Below, piece after piece: positions 12,272 to 24,727 of a stretch of 64,000 nucleotides of DNA. Source of the stretch: Callorhinchus milii (lineage: Eukaryota); contig NW_024704742.1 in the NCBI RefSeq assembly GCF_018977255.1, positions 82,772,001 to 82,836,000 of the forward strand, given 5' to 3'. Made by a program: the position numbers and the translations under genes. Position 1 is the stretch's first letter. The number at the start of each line of letters is the position of its first letter. The notes under the pieces are model-generated. The model was given only the letters and a program-made list of their open reading frames with translations, ran no database searches and was not told the origin of the DNA.

Positions 12272-13672
12272 GCACAAGCTAAAGCCCTAATAGGTAGACT
12301 GGTCCAAGCTGGACAAGGTGTGGTACCCATAACTTATTCAAGTGACATTCATTATGACTGAAAGGATGAATAATGAAAACAAACATATCCTGGTGCATAC
12401 AGAACTCAAAGTGTCATATTCTAGCCATGAAATATTTGAGGAACAATATTTTAAAAGCATTAGAGTCACAAATCCTCGAGCGGCTGGTAGGAAGCAAAAC
12501 ATATTTGCTTGTTTTGGTACCTGTTAGCAGCAGATTAGTTGCTGCCAGGAACTCATTTGGGTTTTTGCTAATGGAATAAGAAGTAATAAATCACTTATAT
12601 AAAAGCTGACAAATGCTGTAGTGATACGCTGTCCAACACAAACAATGCTCAGAAAAGAGTTTTTTTTACCCACCTCCTCCACTGTGCTGTGCAGTGTCGA
12701 GTAACATTACAATGAAAAGGTGAAGCTTGCAAGGCTTTTAACTTATTGGACACTCTTTTAGTATAAACAAAATCGTATCCCAGTTCCAACATCTGCCTGC
12801 TGCCCGTCTAAAGGAATCAAAGCAAAACATAATGTGTCTGCAGGGTAACAAACAGGCCAGCAAGGAGAGAATTTATGCAGAGTTTTATAAGCTTAGTGAG
12901 ACAGAAAATAGATTGAGGTGCTCAGAGGAAATGGTGTGTCAGTCAAAGTAAGTTTGCAATTGCAAGCCACACTAACACAGCCAATAATTGTTAACACATG
13001 GCACGCTTGCAGTTTTCATACCTTCAACTAATAATCAATAGTGGCGCTGAGAGTAATTTTAGAAGTGAAAACCCATAACATTTGTTTTCTGGTGCTTCTT
13101 CAAGATTACAGCTCCCTCTAACAGATATTCTTGTGCGTGTTATTAGAGAATTTTATACCCCTGCTTCCAGGTAAAGGTAAACATGTACACACTTTGTTCT
13201 CAATTCACTTTTAGTCTATCAAGAGTTACTTGTTTTCTTATAAATGAAATCACATCCGAGCTCCAGCTTCTGGCTAAAGGAATGAAAGCAAAACATAAAG
13301 CATCTGCATTAAAATAATTGTATTGCACGCTGACTTTTGCTTCCTCGGTTAATGTAAAGCAAGAGTGAGGAACACGATTACGTAAATATTCAAGATCAAT
13401 ACATTGCAGGTAGAAAAGTTAGAAAAATTGCTGGTTACAGCCATTGAGTTGCCTCTTGTTAAAATGAACAGTTGGCATGTAACCTAGTCAAAGGTCCTGG
13501 AATTGATGATTCACTGTCAGCTATCTTTGGGATCTTCAGCAATTTGTGAGGGACATTCTCTCTGTCGAGCTCGGAATAGAGAATACAATACGACTTGGGA
13601 ATGAGTGCAACACAGCAACATGATGGAAGGGTTCAGGTGATATTATAGACCAAGAGCGAATCTCAAAGGGTT

Positions 13673-13938
13673 TATAATAATAATAATAATAATCCTTGCA
13701 TTTGATATAGCGCTTTTCACGTCTTCAAGACATCTCAAAGCGCTTCACAGAATATGGTGTAAAGTGAATTGACCATATATTTGTGGGCAAAATGCGGCAG
13801 CCAATTGCGCACAGCAGTGTCCCACAAACAGTCGTGGATTGAAAATGACCAATTTATTATTGTTTTGTTTTGGAGGGATTATTATTAGGCTTGTGGAGTA
13901 AGGAAACTTGCCCAAGGATTCGCCCTACCTGGAATTGA
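13673..13938 (-). mobile_element. Short-form SINE, 5'-truncated within the tRNA head
   Basis: Matches 802-1121 from the B-box region onward; (ATT)n tail. Confidence 0.88.
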
Positions 13939-16900
13939 TAGGTAAGCCCAAAGTTGGAAATTGATAAGATTGTTTCCTTACATCTTTATGATGATATTAT
14001 AAACACATAAGCATATATAGATGTTAGCCTGGCTCAGTTGGTAGATCTCTCACCTATGTTTGTGAACAATCTTTTCCTCACCCAATGACAGATGGATGCA
14101 TTTTGCAGCATAGAGGAGATCAGATCAAGTGATCAAGAATGAAATTCTCCAGCTCATTTCTCTCTCCCTCTTCTACTATATCCTTCCTTCAAAGCATGTC
14201 TCAAAATGTATCTCTGTTAGCGCACTTTCGGTCATCTTCCCCTTCCACCACTCTCAGCTCCTATCTCCAGTCGCAGTGCCCATCCTGCACTTTGAATGTG
14301 TTTTGGAAAGTCCTCCCGAAATGAATGATGTTAAATGTAAATTGTATTGTAACCCAGGGCACAAGTTAATTGTAATACCCTACCTCAACCCAAGCTAAGA
14401 TTACCCAGCACAATGAGAGAATCAAAACTGGGGATCTTCTGATCGATAGAAAGATATAGAGTGACAAAGAAAAAAATAAATAAAACATTTTCCTTTGAAA
14501 AGTCTTCACTTAGACTTCTATCAAGCTCACATTTGTTTTTTGCTGTCATCTTGATTTCTTCTTTGTGAACTCTGAGAGTTCAGCACTCAGAAAATATTTC
14601 ATTCTGGTTGCTGCCCGAGGCTGGTGTAATTATGTTTAATCCTCATCTCCTGTGGGATCGACCAAGGCCTTTCAAAGAATAAAGCAAATCAACAATAAAA
14701 CAGCATTGGGTTCAGCAGTAAAATAGTTAAAGAGGGGTAACAAGTCACAAATATCATTTTAATGCTTACAGGGTTAGCGTGGTTTATGGTTGCCATGGTT
14801 GAATGTCTTTTCCATTTGCCATTTTGTACAGCCAAGTGCATTGTGTTTATAGCTCAAAAGGGAACAGGAAAGGCCATTTGGCAAATCAATTCTCCTCCCT
14901 CATCAGTCTATGCAATACCTATTGCACAGTCCATCCCAGCTACTCCGACTCCTGGTGACATTGCTGCACAGACGTTCACTCCCTGACCCTCCATTACCCC
15001 CATTAAATCAGTCACAAAAAGCTTCCATAATCCCCCAGTTCCAAATGATTATTATTGAAACCTGGCCTCCTTCTTTCCAATAATTACCACAAAGGTACAG
15101 AACTCACTGTGTCCCGTGCAACATTTATTTCTCACTGGGTTGTGGTGGTTCAAATATGCATTGAGATTTAAATGCATCCTTTCTGTTCTTAAATTAAACT
15201 ACAACAACAACAAGATTACATTTGTATAACTAATCACTTTAGTGCATAGTTCAGGGCACAAGTTTGCAGTTTTACTGTTAGCTCCACATCCTGTAGTCCT
15301 TAAGCTATGTGGAATCCTCCAGTTACATTTTTAGTGTTCATAAAGTGCAAGGAGGCTCTTACCAAAGGCTGAGATATTATTGTCTCTTAGTGAAAAGCTA
15401 GAAGACTGTTGGCTCTTGTGAAGAGTTGGAAGATGGCTGGCTCATAGTGAACACCTGGGGATATAACTTCATTTCTGGGGAAAGAAAAATATCTTGACTT
15501 CCTACTAATGAGCATTATCCAGTGACCTTAGAAACATGTGTGTATGTATGTGCGTCCATGTGTGTGTGGGTGGGTGGGTATGTGAGTGTGGGGGTGGGAA
15601 GGAATATTGGGTGAGGACAGGATAAACTGCAATTGCGATAGCACCTATGGTACAATAGCACACTGCTGTTCACTATTTAACTTCACACATGACCAATGGT
15701 CTCTTTGGAAGATACCAGGGAGCTGTTGGCATGTGTACACTTATACTCCTCGTGCATAACATTGGGAAGAGTGTCGAAATGCTTATATAATCCCATCACA
15801 TCTCCAAATGAAAAAAAATCACGCATTAAGAATGAATAAAGACACAGTAAAAAGAAACCCTCATGAAATTGTTTTACCTCTGAGCAGACTGTTGATCCCT
15901 ATCAAATGAGAAGGTCAGATTATAGGCGATCATGGGAACAGAAATTGTGTGTAAGTGTATGGAAGCTCAGGCAGTGTAATTTAGCCATTTAAAAAAAATA
16001 ATGATAATAATTGCCAACAATATCATGCCTGAGCAATGCCATCTTTGCAAGGTCAGTTTTCTGCTCGCTGTTGCTGCTTAGAGGCAGATAAATGCACACC
16101 CTTCTTTTGGTGAGAAGCTGAGAGATTGTTAATTCCCGCAGCGGCTTAGAAGCCATTTAAATTCACCTGGGACTGGATGGATGAGTAGTTTGAGCATATT
16201 ATATGCACCAAGGCAACACAATGGTCAGCGTTAGAGGAAAAAAGAAATGAGTATTTGTGAGCTGACCAAAGTCTCAGGTGCAGGATTACCTCAGCACATT
16301 AAGAGCGAGAGAATTTATTGCAGTCTGTGGACTGACAGATGAATTTTATCAGGGTATATATATATCGCTTCCTTTCCTTCTGAAATTGGGACAGTATATC
16401 AGTGTTTTGAAGGAGATTAATTCCATCTGCAGCAATGTCCCTGAGTGTGGATTTCTCTATGCCTTGATTGAACTGGAGTACCTCCATTCATACCTGAATA
16501 TTGGTTATAAATCTTAGAATAAGTTTGAGATGATCGCTTAACAAGTGGTGCTGGTAGCTGAACTGCTTCTATTAATCTTCACTTTAGTTCCCTCTGTTGC
16601 ACAGAAATAACAGCTCTGCGATTCTGTTAAGGTCCAACCATCCTGCACCACGACTGTTATCATTCTTGTAATGTGTACAGTTATTCATTGGCATTTACAT
16701 GCACTTAGTTTTCTACTGTATCAGCTTTTTCTGCCTCTGGTCAAATGTGTGTGTAAGAACAGTCTTTTTTAAGCAGTTGGTCTGCCAGGAATTACAAGGG
16801 TTTACTGACCTGAAGTTTATGACAAAAATAAATGCTTTCCAGTCATTTTGGGTAACGCACAATAATGCTGTTAGAAAGGCGGATGGTGTCAATGGAATAA

Positions 16901-17469
16901 CCAGACTTCAATTAAAAAACATACTGAGAAGTCTTCATAATAGTTACAAGGTTTCATTATGGCTAACAGTCATCTGTAATATTGGAAGTGAGGAGTGTAA
17001 ATTGCATTAGTACGCCACTGCACAGATCACTGAGATGACAGTCTCCTCTCTCTATTGTAATAATAATCATCTTTTCATATGATATAGTGCTTATCACACC
17101 ATCGAGACATTGGCTGTTAGGATCCTAAGTAACATGGGTTTGAGCACTCAATCCAGAGTCTAGTGGGTACAAACGCATAGCATGACACTACATTATTTGG
17201 CAATAAGCTTTTAGACTCACGGAAAAAGTCCACATCAACGACCTGTGTGGAGAATGAAAAATGGCCCATTGAACACAATGGTGATCAACCTATGGTCTAC
17301 AGGCCAGAAGTGGCTATCAAGGTTGTCACAAAGTGGCCACTGAACATTCGCACTAGTCTAGGTGTGTCTGTTTTAAATCAATGTTTTATTTCCAGATTTT
17401 TTCTTGATTGAACATTTCTTGATTTATGGCATAAATAAAATAAATATAATAATAATTATATTAAATAAC

Positions 17470-17855
17470 AATATTCCTTACATTTAATATAGCATCTTTT
17501 ACATCTGGAGGATGTCTGAAAGCTCTTCATAGGATTTACTATAACGTGTAGTGCCTGTGTATTTTATAGATAAACAATTTGCACATAGCGATGTCCCATC
17601 ATGTGAATAACCAATTTTGTTTGGAGGATTGTTGTCCAGGACATAGGAAATGCCCTTCTATTTTTGAATAGTATCATGGGATCTTTAACTTCCACCTGAA
17701 CAGTCAGACTGACCCTCAGTTTCACATCTCATCCAAGAGATGGCTCCTCCAACAATGCAGCCCTGCACTAGAGATTCAGTCTAGACAATGTGAGTTCAAG
17801 GCTTCAACCCATAATCTTCTGATCCAGAGACGAGAATGTTACCAACTGAGGCAGA
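17470..17855 (-). mobile_element. Old Deu-domain SINE
   Basis: Reverse Deu motifs CATGGGATCTTTAACTTCCACCTGAACAG, ACATCTCATCCAAGAGATGGC; head ..ACCAACTGAG. Confidence 0.8.
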
Positions 17856-18029
17856 CTTGGAGATTTTAATCAACAACATTCGGTATTCATCAAGTTTTCC
17901 AATTTTCTCCAAATTCAGGAAAAGGAATTTCCATTGTTAAATATTAGGAATGTTTTACTTTGTTTATGATTTTGAACTATAGAAATGGTTGACTTCAGAG
18001 AATAACTCATTGAATATCTCACAATACCT

Positions 18030-18622
18030 TCCCATTTCCAAACTATCCTTCCTTGCTAAAGTCCTGGAATGCATTGTTGCAGGTCAATTTCAGTCACACT
18101 TCTAACACTGCTCTGGCCCCTGCCCGGTCACCTGCAGAGTAACCCAGGGTTCCATCCTTGGTTCTCTTCTTTTCCTCATCTATATGCTCCCTCTGGGTGA
18201 CGTCATCCACAGACATGGGGTAAACTTCCACATGTATGCGCACGACACACAAATCTACGTTGACTCCTCCAGTACCAACTCCAGGTTCGCCAATCTTCTA
18301 TCAGCTTGTCTGGCAGACATCTGTTCAAATGGCATCGGCCTCCTGCTTGTTCCTCGCACCCTCTGCTCTATCATTGGAGGTCACACATTCAGCCACTTTG
18401 CCCTGAAGCTCTGGAATACACTCCCTCAATCCCTCCACCTTGCCCTCTCTCTCCGCTTTTTCAAGACCCACCTGAAAACCTTCCTCTTTGACCGTGCTAC
18501 AGCCACCTCCCCAACACCCCCCCCCACCCCCCCCACTAGCTCGGAGTCAGACTCCGCCGCTGTTAAGCGCTCTGAGATGCTACCCTGTGTAGAGGGCGCT
18601 ATGTAAGTGCAAGTTGTTGTTG
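18030..18622 (+). mobile_element. Internally deleted L2 copy (RT fragment joined to 3' end)
   Basis: PISKLSFLAKVLECIVA | [38 protein letters not shown] | IGGHTFSHFALKLWNTLP..LKTFLFDRA; tail AAGTGCAAG(TTG)n. Confidence 0.9.
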
Positions 18623-19399
18623 CTCTTGATTGACTCACTCACATACTCATTCATTCAGTGACTCACTCAATCAATCAGACACATATCTAGATTCTGTTTG
18701 AAGGTTAGAATATTAAAGTAACACAGAGAAAACATATTTATGACTTTTTCCCTGCTGCTTGACAGTTTTAAAGGCCAAAAATTCAAATTGAAACATACCC
18801 GCATTTTTTAAAATTAATTTGGACAACCTGTAATTGTTGTCCTGTATTCAAAGGATTTTGGCAACCCCCGGGCACTGCGTGTAAATACAGAGGACTGCAC
18901 CACTCTGAAATGACACAGGCGTACACGACACTGAAAATGATTTGTTCAAGTCCAACATCACACCTACATTGACTAAAATTAAAAGCAAGCTGTACCCTTT
19001 CACTACGTATGTCAGAATCAGAGTTAAAACCCCTGCCTGGGGAAGGGCAGCATATTGATATACTGCAGAACTCTTATATTCTACATAATTTTGTGCTGTA
19101 TTGCTCTCTAAATAGGTGCAGCATGGAATAATAACTAATAATAATGCTCCAAATACACAGGATGGTCTCATTTCATATTCCTGGAATTATTTGACTTTGC
19201 TTCCAGTAACCAGTGATTTTGAAGTGGGGAAATCTAATTTATTGTTACCTGCTCTAAATGGATCTTGTCAGGGATGGAGGAGATTTCTGGAAATGTATAC
19301 CGAAGTTTAAGCAGAGCTGGTGTTGAAACCCAGTGGACCGACACTGTATTTTTAAAAAGAATCTTCAGCTTAAAACATTTGTTAGTAGCTCCTGCTATG

Positions 19400-19770
19400 G
19401 CATGCAGATAAAAGTACCATAGCACTAAAACACCACTGGTCTGTGCTGAGTTAGCTGATATCAGCCTTATAGCAATTGGGGAGCTACAATTGCCCTCAGT
19501 GCCCATCATTATCAAGAGACCCTCGGTAGAATGTGCATATGTATATGGACATAATTTGATTTAGTTGTTACTCTCTCTTGTAACCTCCCCTCACCCCAAC
19601 CGCCCTCCCACTCTGGTTTAATAGTGTTCTGACACACGGTGTTCAGACTTGCACATGAAGGATGGTTGTTTGGGTCAGGTACCAGAGGGCATCTCTGGTG
19701 CTTGTTGAATCAAAGCACAGGAAGAGTCTGTGCCTCTTGGAATGAAGGAGGGGGGCAAGAAAAATTGGCA
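19400..19770 (+). mobile_element. Ancient tRNA-type SINE, second family; diverged relatives at about 11380-11560(-), 14355-14445(-), 15450-15770(+), 33345-33620(+), 37130-37470(-), 43750-43915(+), 59830-59925(-), 60670-60900(-)
   Basis: Shared motifs GGTCTGTGCTGAGTTAGCTGAT.TCAGC, CTACAATTG(G)CCTCAG, ATCCAGTGACC, CACATGAAG.ATGG, AGGTACCAGAGGGC across copies. Confidence 0.65.
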
Positions 19771-20929
19771 AAAAAAAGGTTCTTTGGAATGGGCTGTAAT
19801 AAACCCAGTTTTTCCTGAATCTGACGCCATCAATTCTATTCCGAAATCGACACTTGGAACTGTTTTCTGGAAAGGGGTGTGCAATTGATTTGATGCCCCT
19901 AAAACCAGATTTATGCAGCACTTTTACCATTGATTCACTGTGAAAACAGCGTCAAATCGATGCTAACTGTGCAGCATAAATGAGGCATAAATTTAATCTC
20001 TGATCTTAGAAACCAGCAAATACCAAGGGAAAGGCTCAGAACTGTGATATCTTGCCTGCAGTATTCCTTTAACAAGTAATAAGCAACTTATGAACTGCAT
20101 TACTAAGTGGCACTTGGAAAAAAAATGCGCTTTAAATAAATAGTAAATCAATGTCACTCAATTATTCATTTGTATTTCTTTTTTCAGTCTATGTATAATT
20201 GTTGTCCTATATTTATACATATTGTCGTTAAATATAAAATTATAAGACAAATGGAAAAGTGAATAAATACTTATATAATTAACTTCTGTTTTCAATTCTG
20301 ATTTTAATTTCTGATTTTCTGACCATAAAATATAGTACCAGAGGGATAAAGTGCAGCCAGGCAGTGGACAGTGGAAATGCACTTGATTTATATAGTATGT
20401 GACTGTGTATTAGAATTTAAAATATTGAGAGTCCTTGCTCATAAAAAAAAGCCCAAATTAAATTTATCCTATGTTAGCTGACGACTTGAATAGCCTTCGT
20501 TGCAAATGTCCCACATGAAGTGGAGGGGGTGGTGATGATTTTAACCCTTTGAGTACAGAAATAGCATTTGAGCACCAGACTCAACAGGAATGGGGTTGGA
20601 CAACAATCAAAGGAGCGGGGGAGGAGAAATCAACCCATATCTGAGACTTTAAGTCTGAGTGAAATGCACTTCTTAAATGCACGTTGTTATTGCTTTTGCA
20701 GTTACATGTGCAGATGACATCAAACTGAAGGGAAATGTGGAATAAATTGAAATGTGGAAATGGCATAAATCAAGATATATTCAATCAAGAACGTTTGTTT
20801 TGTTGGCCAACCAAAAATTGGCCATGACTGGTTTAATAGAGCAAAATAATAATCCCATCATTTTGATTCTGTGGGTCATCACGTCGAGAGGATACCTGAA
20901 AGGTGATTCACAGGAATTACTGTATGGTG

Positions 20930-21243
20930 TACTGACTCTGTATTTGCAGGTGAACACAGCAGGCAATTTGCATGCAGTAATATCCCAGTCATGAAGTGAA
21001 TGACCAATTTTATTTGGGGGATTCTTGGCCAGGGTACCGGGAGAAACTCCCTCCTCTTTTCGAATAGTTCCTTGTTTTAACATCTCATCCACAGGAATGC
21101 ACCCACAAGAAATGCAGTATTCCTCCCAAGCATTGCACTGGAGTGCCAGTGCAGACTATGACCTCAAAGTCCCGACATTGGGCTTGAACCAACAGCTTTC
21201 TGACTCAAGGGTGAGAGTGCTACAAACTGAGCCCGGCTGACAT
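20930..21243 (-). mobile_element. Old Deu-domain SINE
   Basis: Reverse head CAGCCGGGCTCAGTTTGTAGCACTCTCACCCTTGAGTCAGAAAG and Deu body. Confidence 0.8.
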
Positions 21244-21606
21244 CCCCAGTTTCTTTAGTTCACATTTTCGAAAGAGAAAAAATAACAGGTTCTAAAATCG
21301 CAGTAAATTGCATTCCTTACTACTTTTATTGTCTTGCCAAAATCCTCCTATAATCTAGTTGCTCTGTAATAGGCTTGAAAAAGGGCCTGCATTTTGGAAT
21401 AACCAGATGTGCAGCTATTTGACCAACAGCTGACACTGTATTACAGGATAATTAGAAACTTCAGATCACTGAATGGCTTTATTTGTTTATTCATCTTAAT
21501 GGTATGTTAGCACAGATTTGGCCAGCAGCACATGCCAAGTTATAAATGCAATTACCAGGCAGATTGGATAGTCGCACACCAAACAACCTGTAGTTTAGTG
21601 AGTTTT

Positions 21607-23255
21607 CAACAACAACAACTTGCACTATATAGCACCCTCCACGCCAGGCGGGGTCTCAGAGTGCTTAACAATGATGGAGTTCAAGGACGAGCCAGGGGCA
21701 AGGGGGAAGGTGACCATAAATGCGGTCGAAAAGGAAGGTCTTCAGGCGCGACCTGAAGATGGGGACTGAGGGAACGAGGTGAAGGGGTTGAGGGAGGGAG
21801 TTCCGAAGTTTCATGGCATAGTGGCTGAAGGCACGGCTGCCAATGGTGGAGCGGAGGTTTCGGGGGACGCGTAGGAGGCCGTACCCAGTAGAGCGGAGGC
21901 AACAGGTACTGCTGTGGGGACAGAGGAGATTAGAGCGATAGAGGGGTGCCAAGTAAAGGAGGGATTTAAACACTAGACTAAGGATCTTGAAGTTGATCCG
22001 TTCTGTGACTGGGAGCCAGTGGAGTTTGGCAAGGACTGGAGTAACCAGGGTATGAAGTTTGGTACGGGTGAGCATGCGGAGTTCAGGATGAGTTGAATTT
22101 TGTGAATAGTGGAGGAGGGGAGACTGACTCCGAGCTGGGGTGGGGGGGATGTGGCTGTAAGCACGGTCAAAGAGGAAGGTTTCCAAATGGGACTTGAGAA
22201 GGGGAGAGGGGGCAAGGCAGAGGGATTGAGGGAGAGTGTTCCAAAGTTTCAGGGCATAGTGGCTGAAAGCACGACCTCCGATGGTGCTTCGAGGGATGAG
22301 CAAGTGGCCAGTGGCAGGCGAGCAGAGGCTCCGGGAAGTGGATTGGGGGATTAAGAGGTTGGAGAGGTAGGGAGGTGCCAGAGAGTGAAGGGATTTGAAC
22401 ATGAGTGTGAGGATCTTGAAATCGATCTGTTCGGTGATGGGAAACCAGTGTAGCCTGGCCAGAACTGGTGAGATGTCGGTACGGAGTTTGGTCCGGGTCA
22501 GTATGTGGACAGCGGAGTTCTGAATGAGCTAGATTTTTTTTTGATAGTGAAGCTGGGGAGACCGGAGAGAAGTGCGTTTGAGTAATCCAGGCGGGAGGTG
22601 ACAAATGCATGCACAAGGGTTTTGGCAGTATTTGGGTTAAGGTACGGTTGGAAGTGGACAATGTGACGGAGGTGGAAGAAGGCAGTCCTGGTCAGGGACT
22701 GGATGTCAAGAGAGGAAGGATAGCTGGGGTTCGAACTGGATGCCCAGGTTGCGCACTGGTTTGGTGAGTCTGAGGGAGAGCCCAAGTTGTTTGAGGAGTT
22801 CAGATCCACAGGAGTGAAGACATTGACGGGCACCAAGGAGTATGGCTTGCGTATTGTCCATATTCAGCTGCAGGAAGTTTACATTCATCCAGGCCCTGAT
22901 GGTCTGCCAGACAAGCTGATAGAACATCGGCGGAACTGGAGTTGGTTCTGGAGGAGGCTAAGTAGATTTGTGTGTCATCCGCACATACATGTGAAAATTT
23001 ACCCCGTGTCTGCGGATGACATCGCCCAGAGGGAGCATGTAGACAAGGAAAAGAAGAGGGCCAAGAATGGAGCCCTAGGATACCCCGCGGGTGACTGGGC
23101 GGGGCCAGGAGGAAAAAACATTTGTCAAGATGAAATGGAGGTGATTGGTTAAATAGGACTCGAATCATGCGAGTGCGGTCCCACTAAGGTGGATGAGGGA
23201 GGAGAGGCAGTGTAGGAGGATGGGGTGGTCGACTGTGTCAAACACAGCAGAGAAT
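21607..23255 (-). mobile_element. L2 LINE: 5'-truncated copy (about 22120-23255) fused in tandem to a second 3' fragment (21607-22120)
   Basis: RT motifs FDTVDH and [27 protein letters not shown]-terminal block FKSL..LAP.Y.SNLL..IG.RAFSHYA.KL.N.LP present twice; (TTG)n tail at 21607. Confidence 0.92.
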
Positions 23256-23569
23256 GCGTCATACACTCCTCATCACACACTGCTCATCACTGACCTGCCA
23301 CACAACTCTCTGTCACATATGTCCGGATATATCACGCACGGGAAGTTATTTTCTGCCTGCACTACTGTTATTCTACCTGTGAAGTCTTTAATTAGGTCAT
23401 GGACAGCACAAACGTTGAGCTACTTTGCCAGCTACTAGCCTAAAAAAGGCAAAGCAAAATTGTCAAATTTAAAATTCGGTTTTAATGGAAGGGAAAGAGA
23501 GAAATAGTCTCTCACTGAGTAAAAGAAAATGCCACCCTGATTTAACATGAAAGAGCTGAGGGAGAAATC

Positions 23570-23953
23570 ATTTTCCCAGCTAGATAGTGGGCAAGCTTTT
23601 AAATACTTTGTTCCCGCTCTCTGAAACTCTCTTCCAAAATCTCTCTGCCTCCATCTCTCCTCTCCATTTAAAATCCTTCTAAAAATGCATCTCTTCATCC
23701 GTGCTTTTGGCCACCTGCCTCTAACTCCCACTCCCTCCCCCCACCGCACAACACACTCACAACTTGGGCTATCACTCCATCATTGTAAAGTAATTTAAGA
23801 CAATCTCCCCTCCCCCTCTCCCCGTCCTGCTCTCCTCCTCCTCCTCCCCTCTCCCTGCTCCTTTTCCCTTGCAAGGCATTCAACCCTGTCATTGTGAAGC
23901 TTTCAGAGACTTTGTCCTATGTGAAGAGCACTATATAAATGCAAGCAGTTGTT
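23570..23953 (+). mobile_element. Degraded L2 3' fragment
   Basis: GGGCAAGCTTTT..CTCTGAAACTCTCTTCC..CTAAAAATGCATCTCTTC..CACTATATAAATGCAAGCAGTTGTTG. Confidence 0.7.
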
Positions 23954-24727
23954 GAAAGATGCTAAACAAGTGCAAATCATTACTGTTTGGTGGTTGTGTT
24001 CAGTTCGAAACCTGCCATTAAAGAAAACTACCCCATAAAGCGTTATTCCCATAAAACATTTCTTTATTCCTTCCCATTGATAATTAACAAACAGAATATG
24101 TTCTGCAATTTGGAACACTCTTATGTGTGTTACTGTTGTGGGCAATGTGGATGTAGGACATGGCAAAGATGCTTGGACAAAAATAGTCATATCGTCGCAC
24201 ACAAGATGTGTAAAAGCTGGAAGGTCTAATTGATTCATTAATATTCTTAGAAACAGTTCTAACCTAGGTATTCTTATAAATTATTCTCCTCCGCATTGAT
24301 AATTTACGAACAGAATATGTTCAGGAATTCTGCAATTCTGAACACTCCTGTGTGTGCTACTGTTATGGATAATGGGGATCTAACACATAACAAACCTTAG
24401 ACTAACGACCGTAGACCTTAAACATGCAAACTTTAGACTGTCTATTGCATTTGGTGTGTCCCCCTGACATAAACGGGACAGCATCATTTACAATGTGAAT
24501 TTGTATTGTAAATGTTCTGTCTTCTGCAACACTGCAAAATGTTAACATTACAAGGAAAGCTGTTTTTAATCAAAGTTTTCTTCTATTTACCACATTCATA
24601 CAATGACATATCCTTTCCTTCCTCAATCTGAGCCTTCATATCCCATTCACCCCTGAGCTGACTCTCAGCCCAATGTCCAGGCTATTGCCACTGCCGTTTG
24701 CTTCCACTGTTTGAGCATCTGCTTTCG

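Noticed and set aside
17274..17340. hAT-like terminal inverted repeat fragments (also about 33044-33208 and 35672-35705)
   Set aside because: Single or highly degenerate ends without a matching partner or 8-bp TSD; plausible but not supportable as discrete elements
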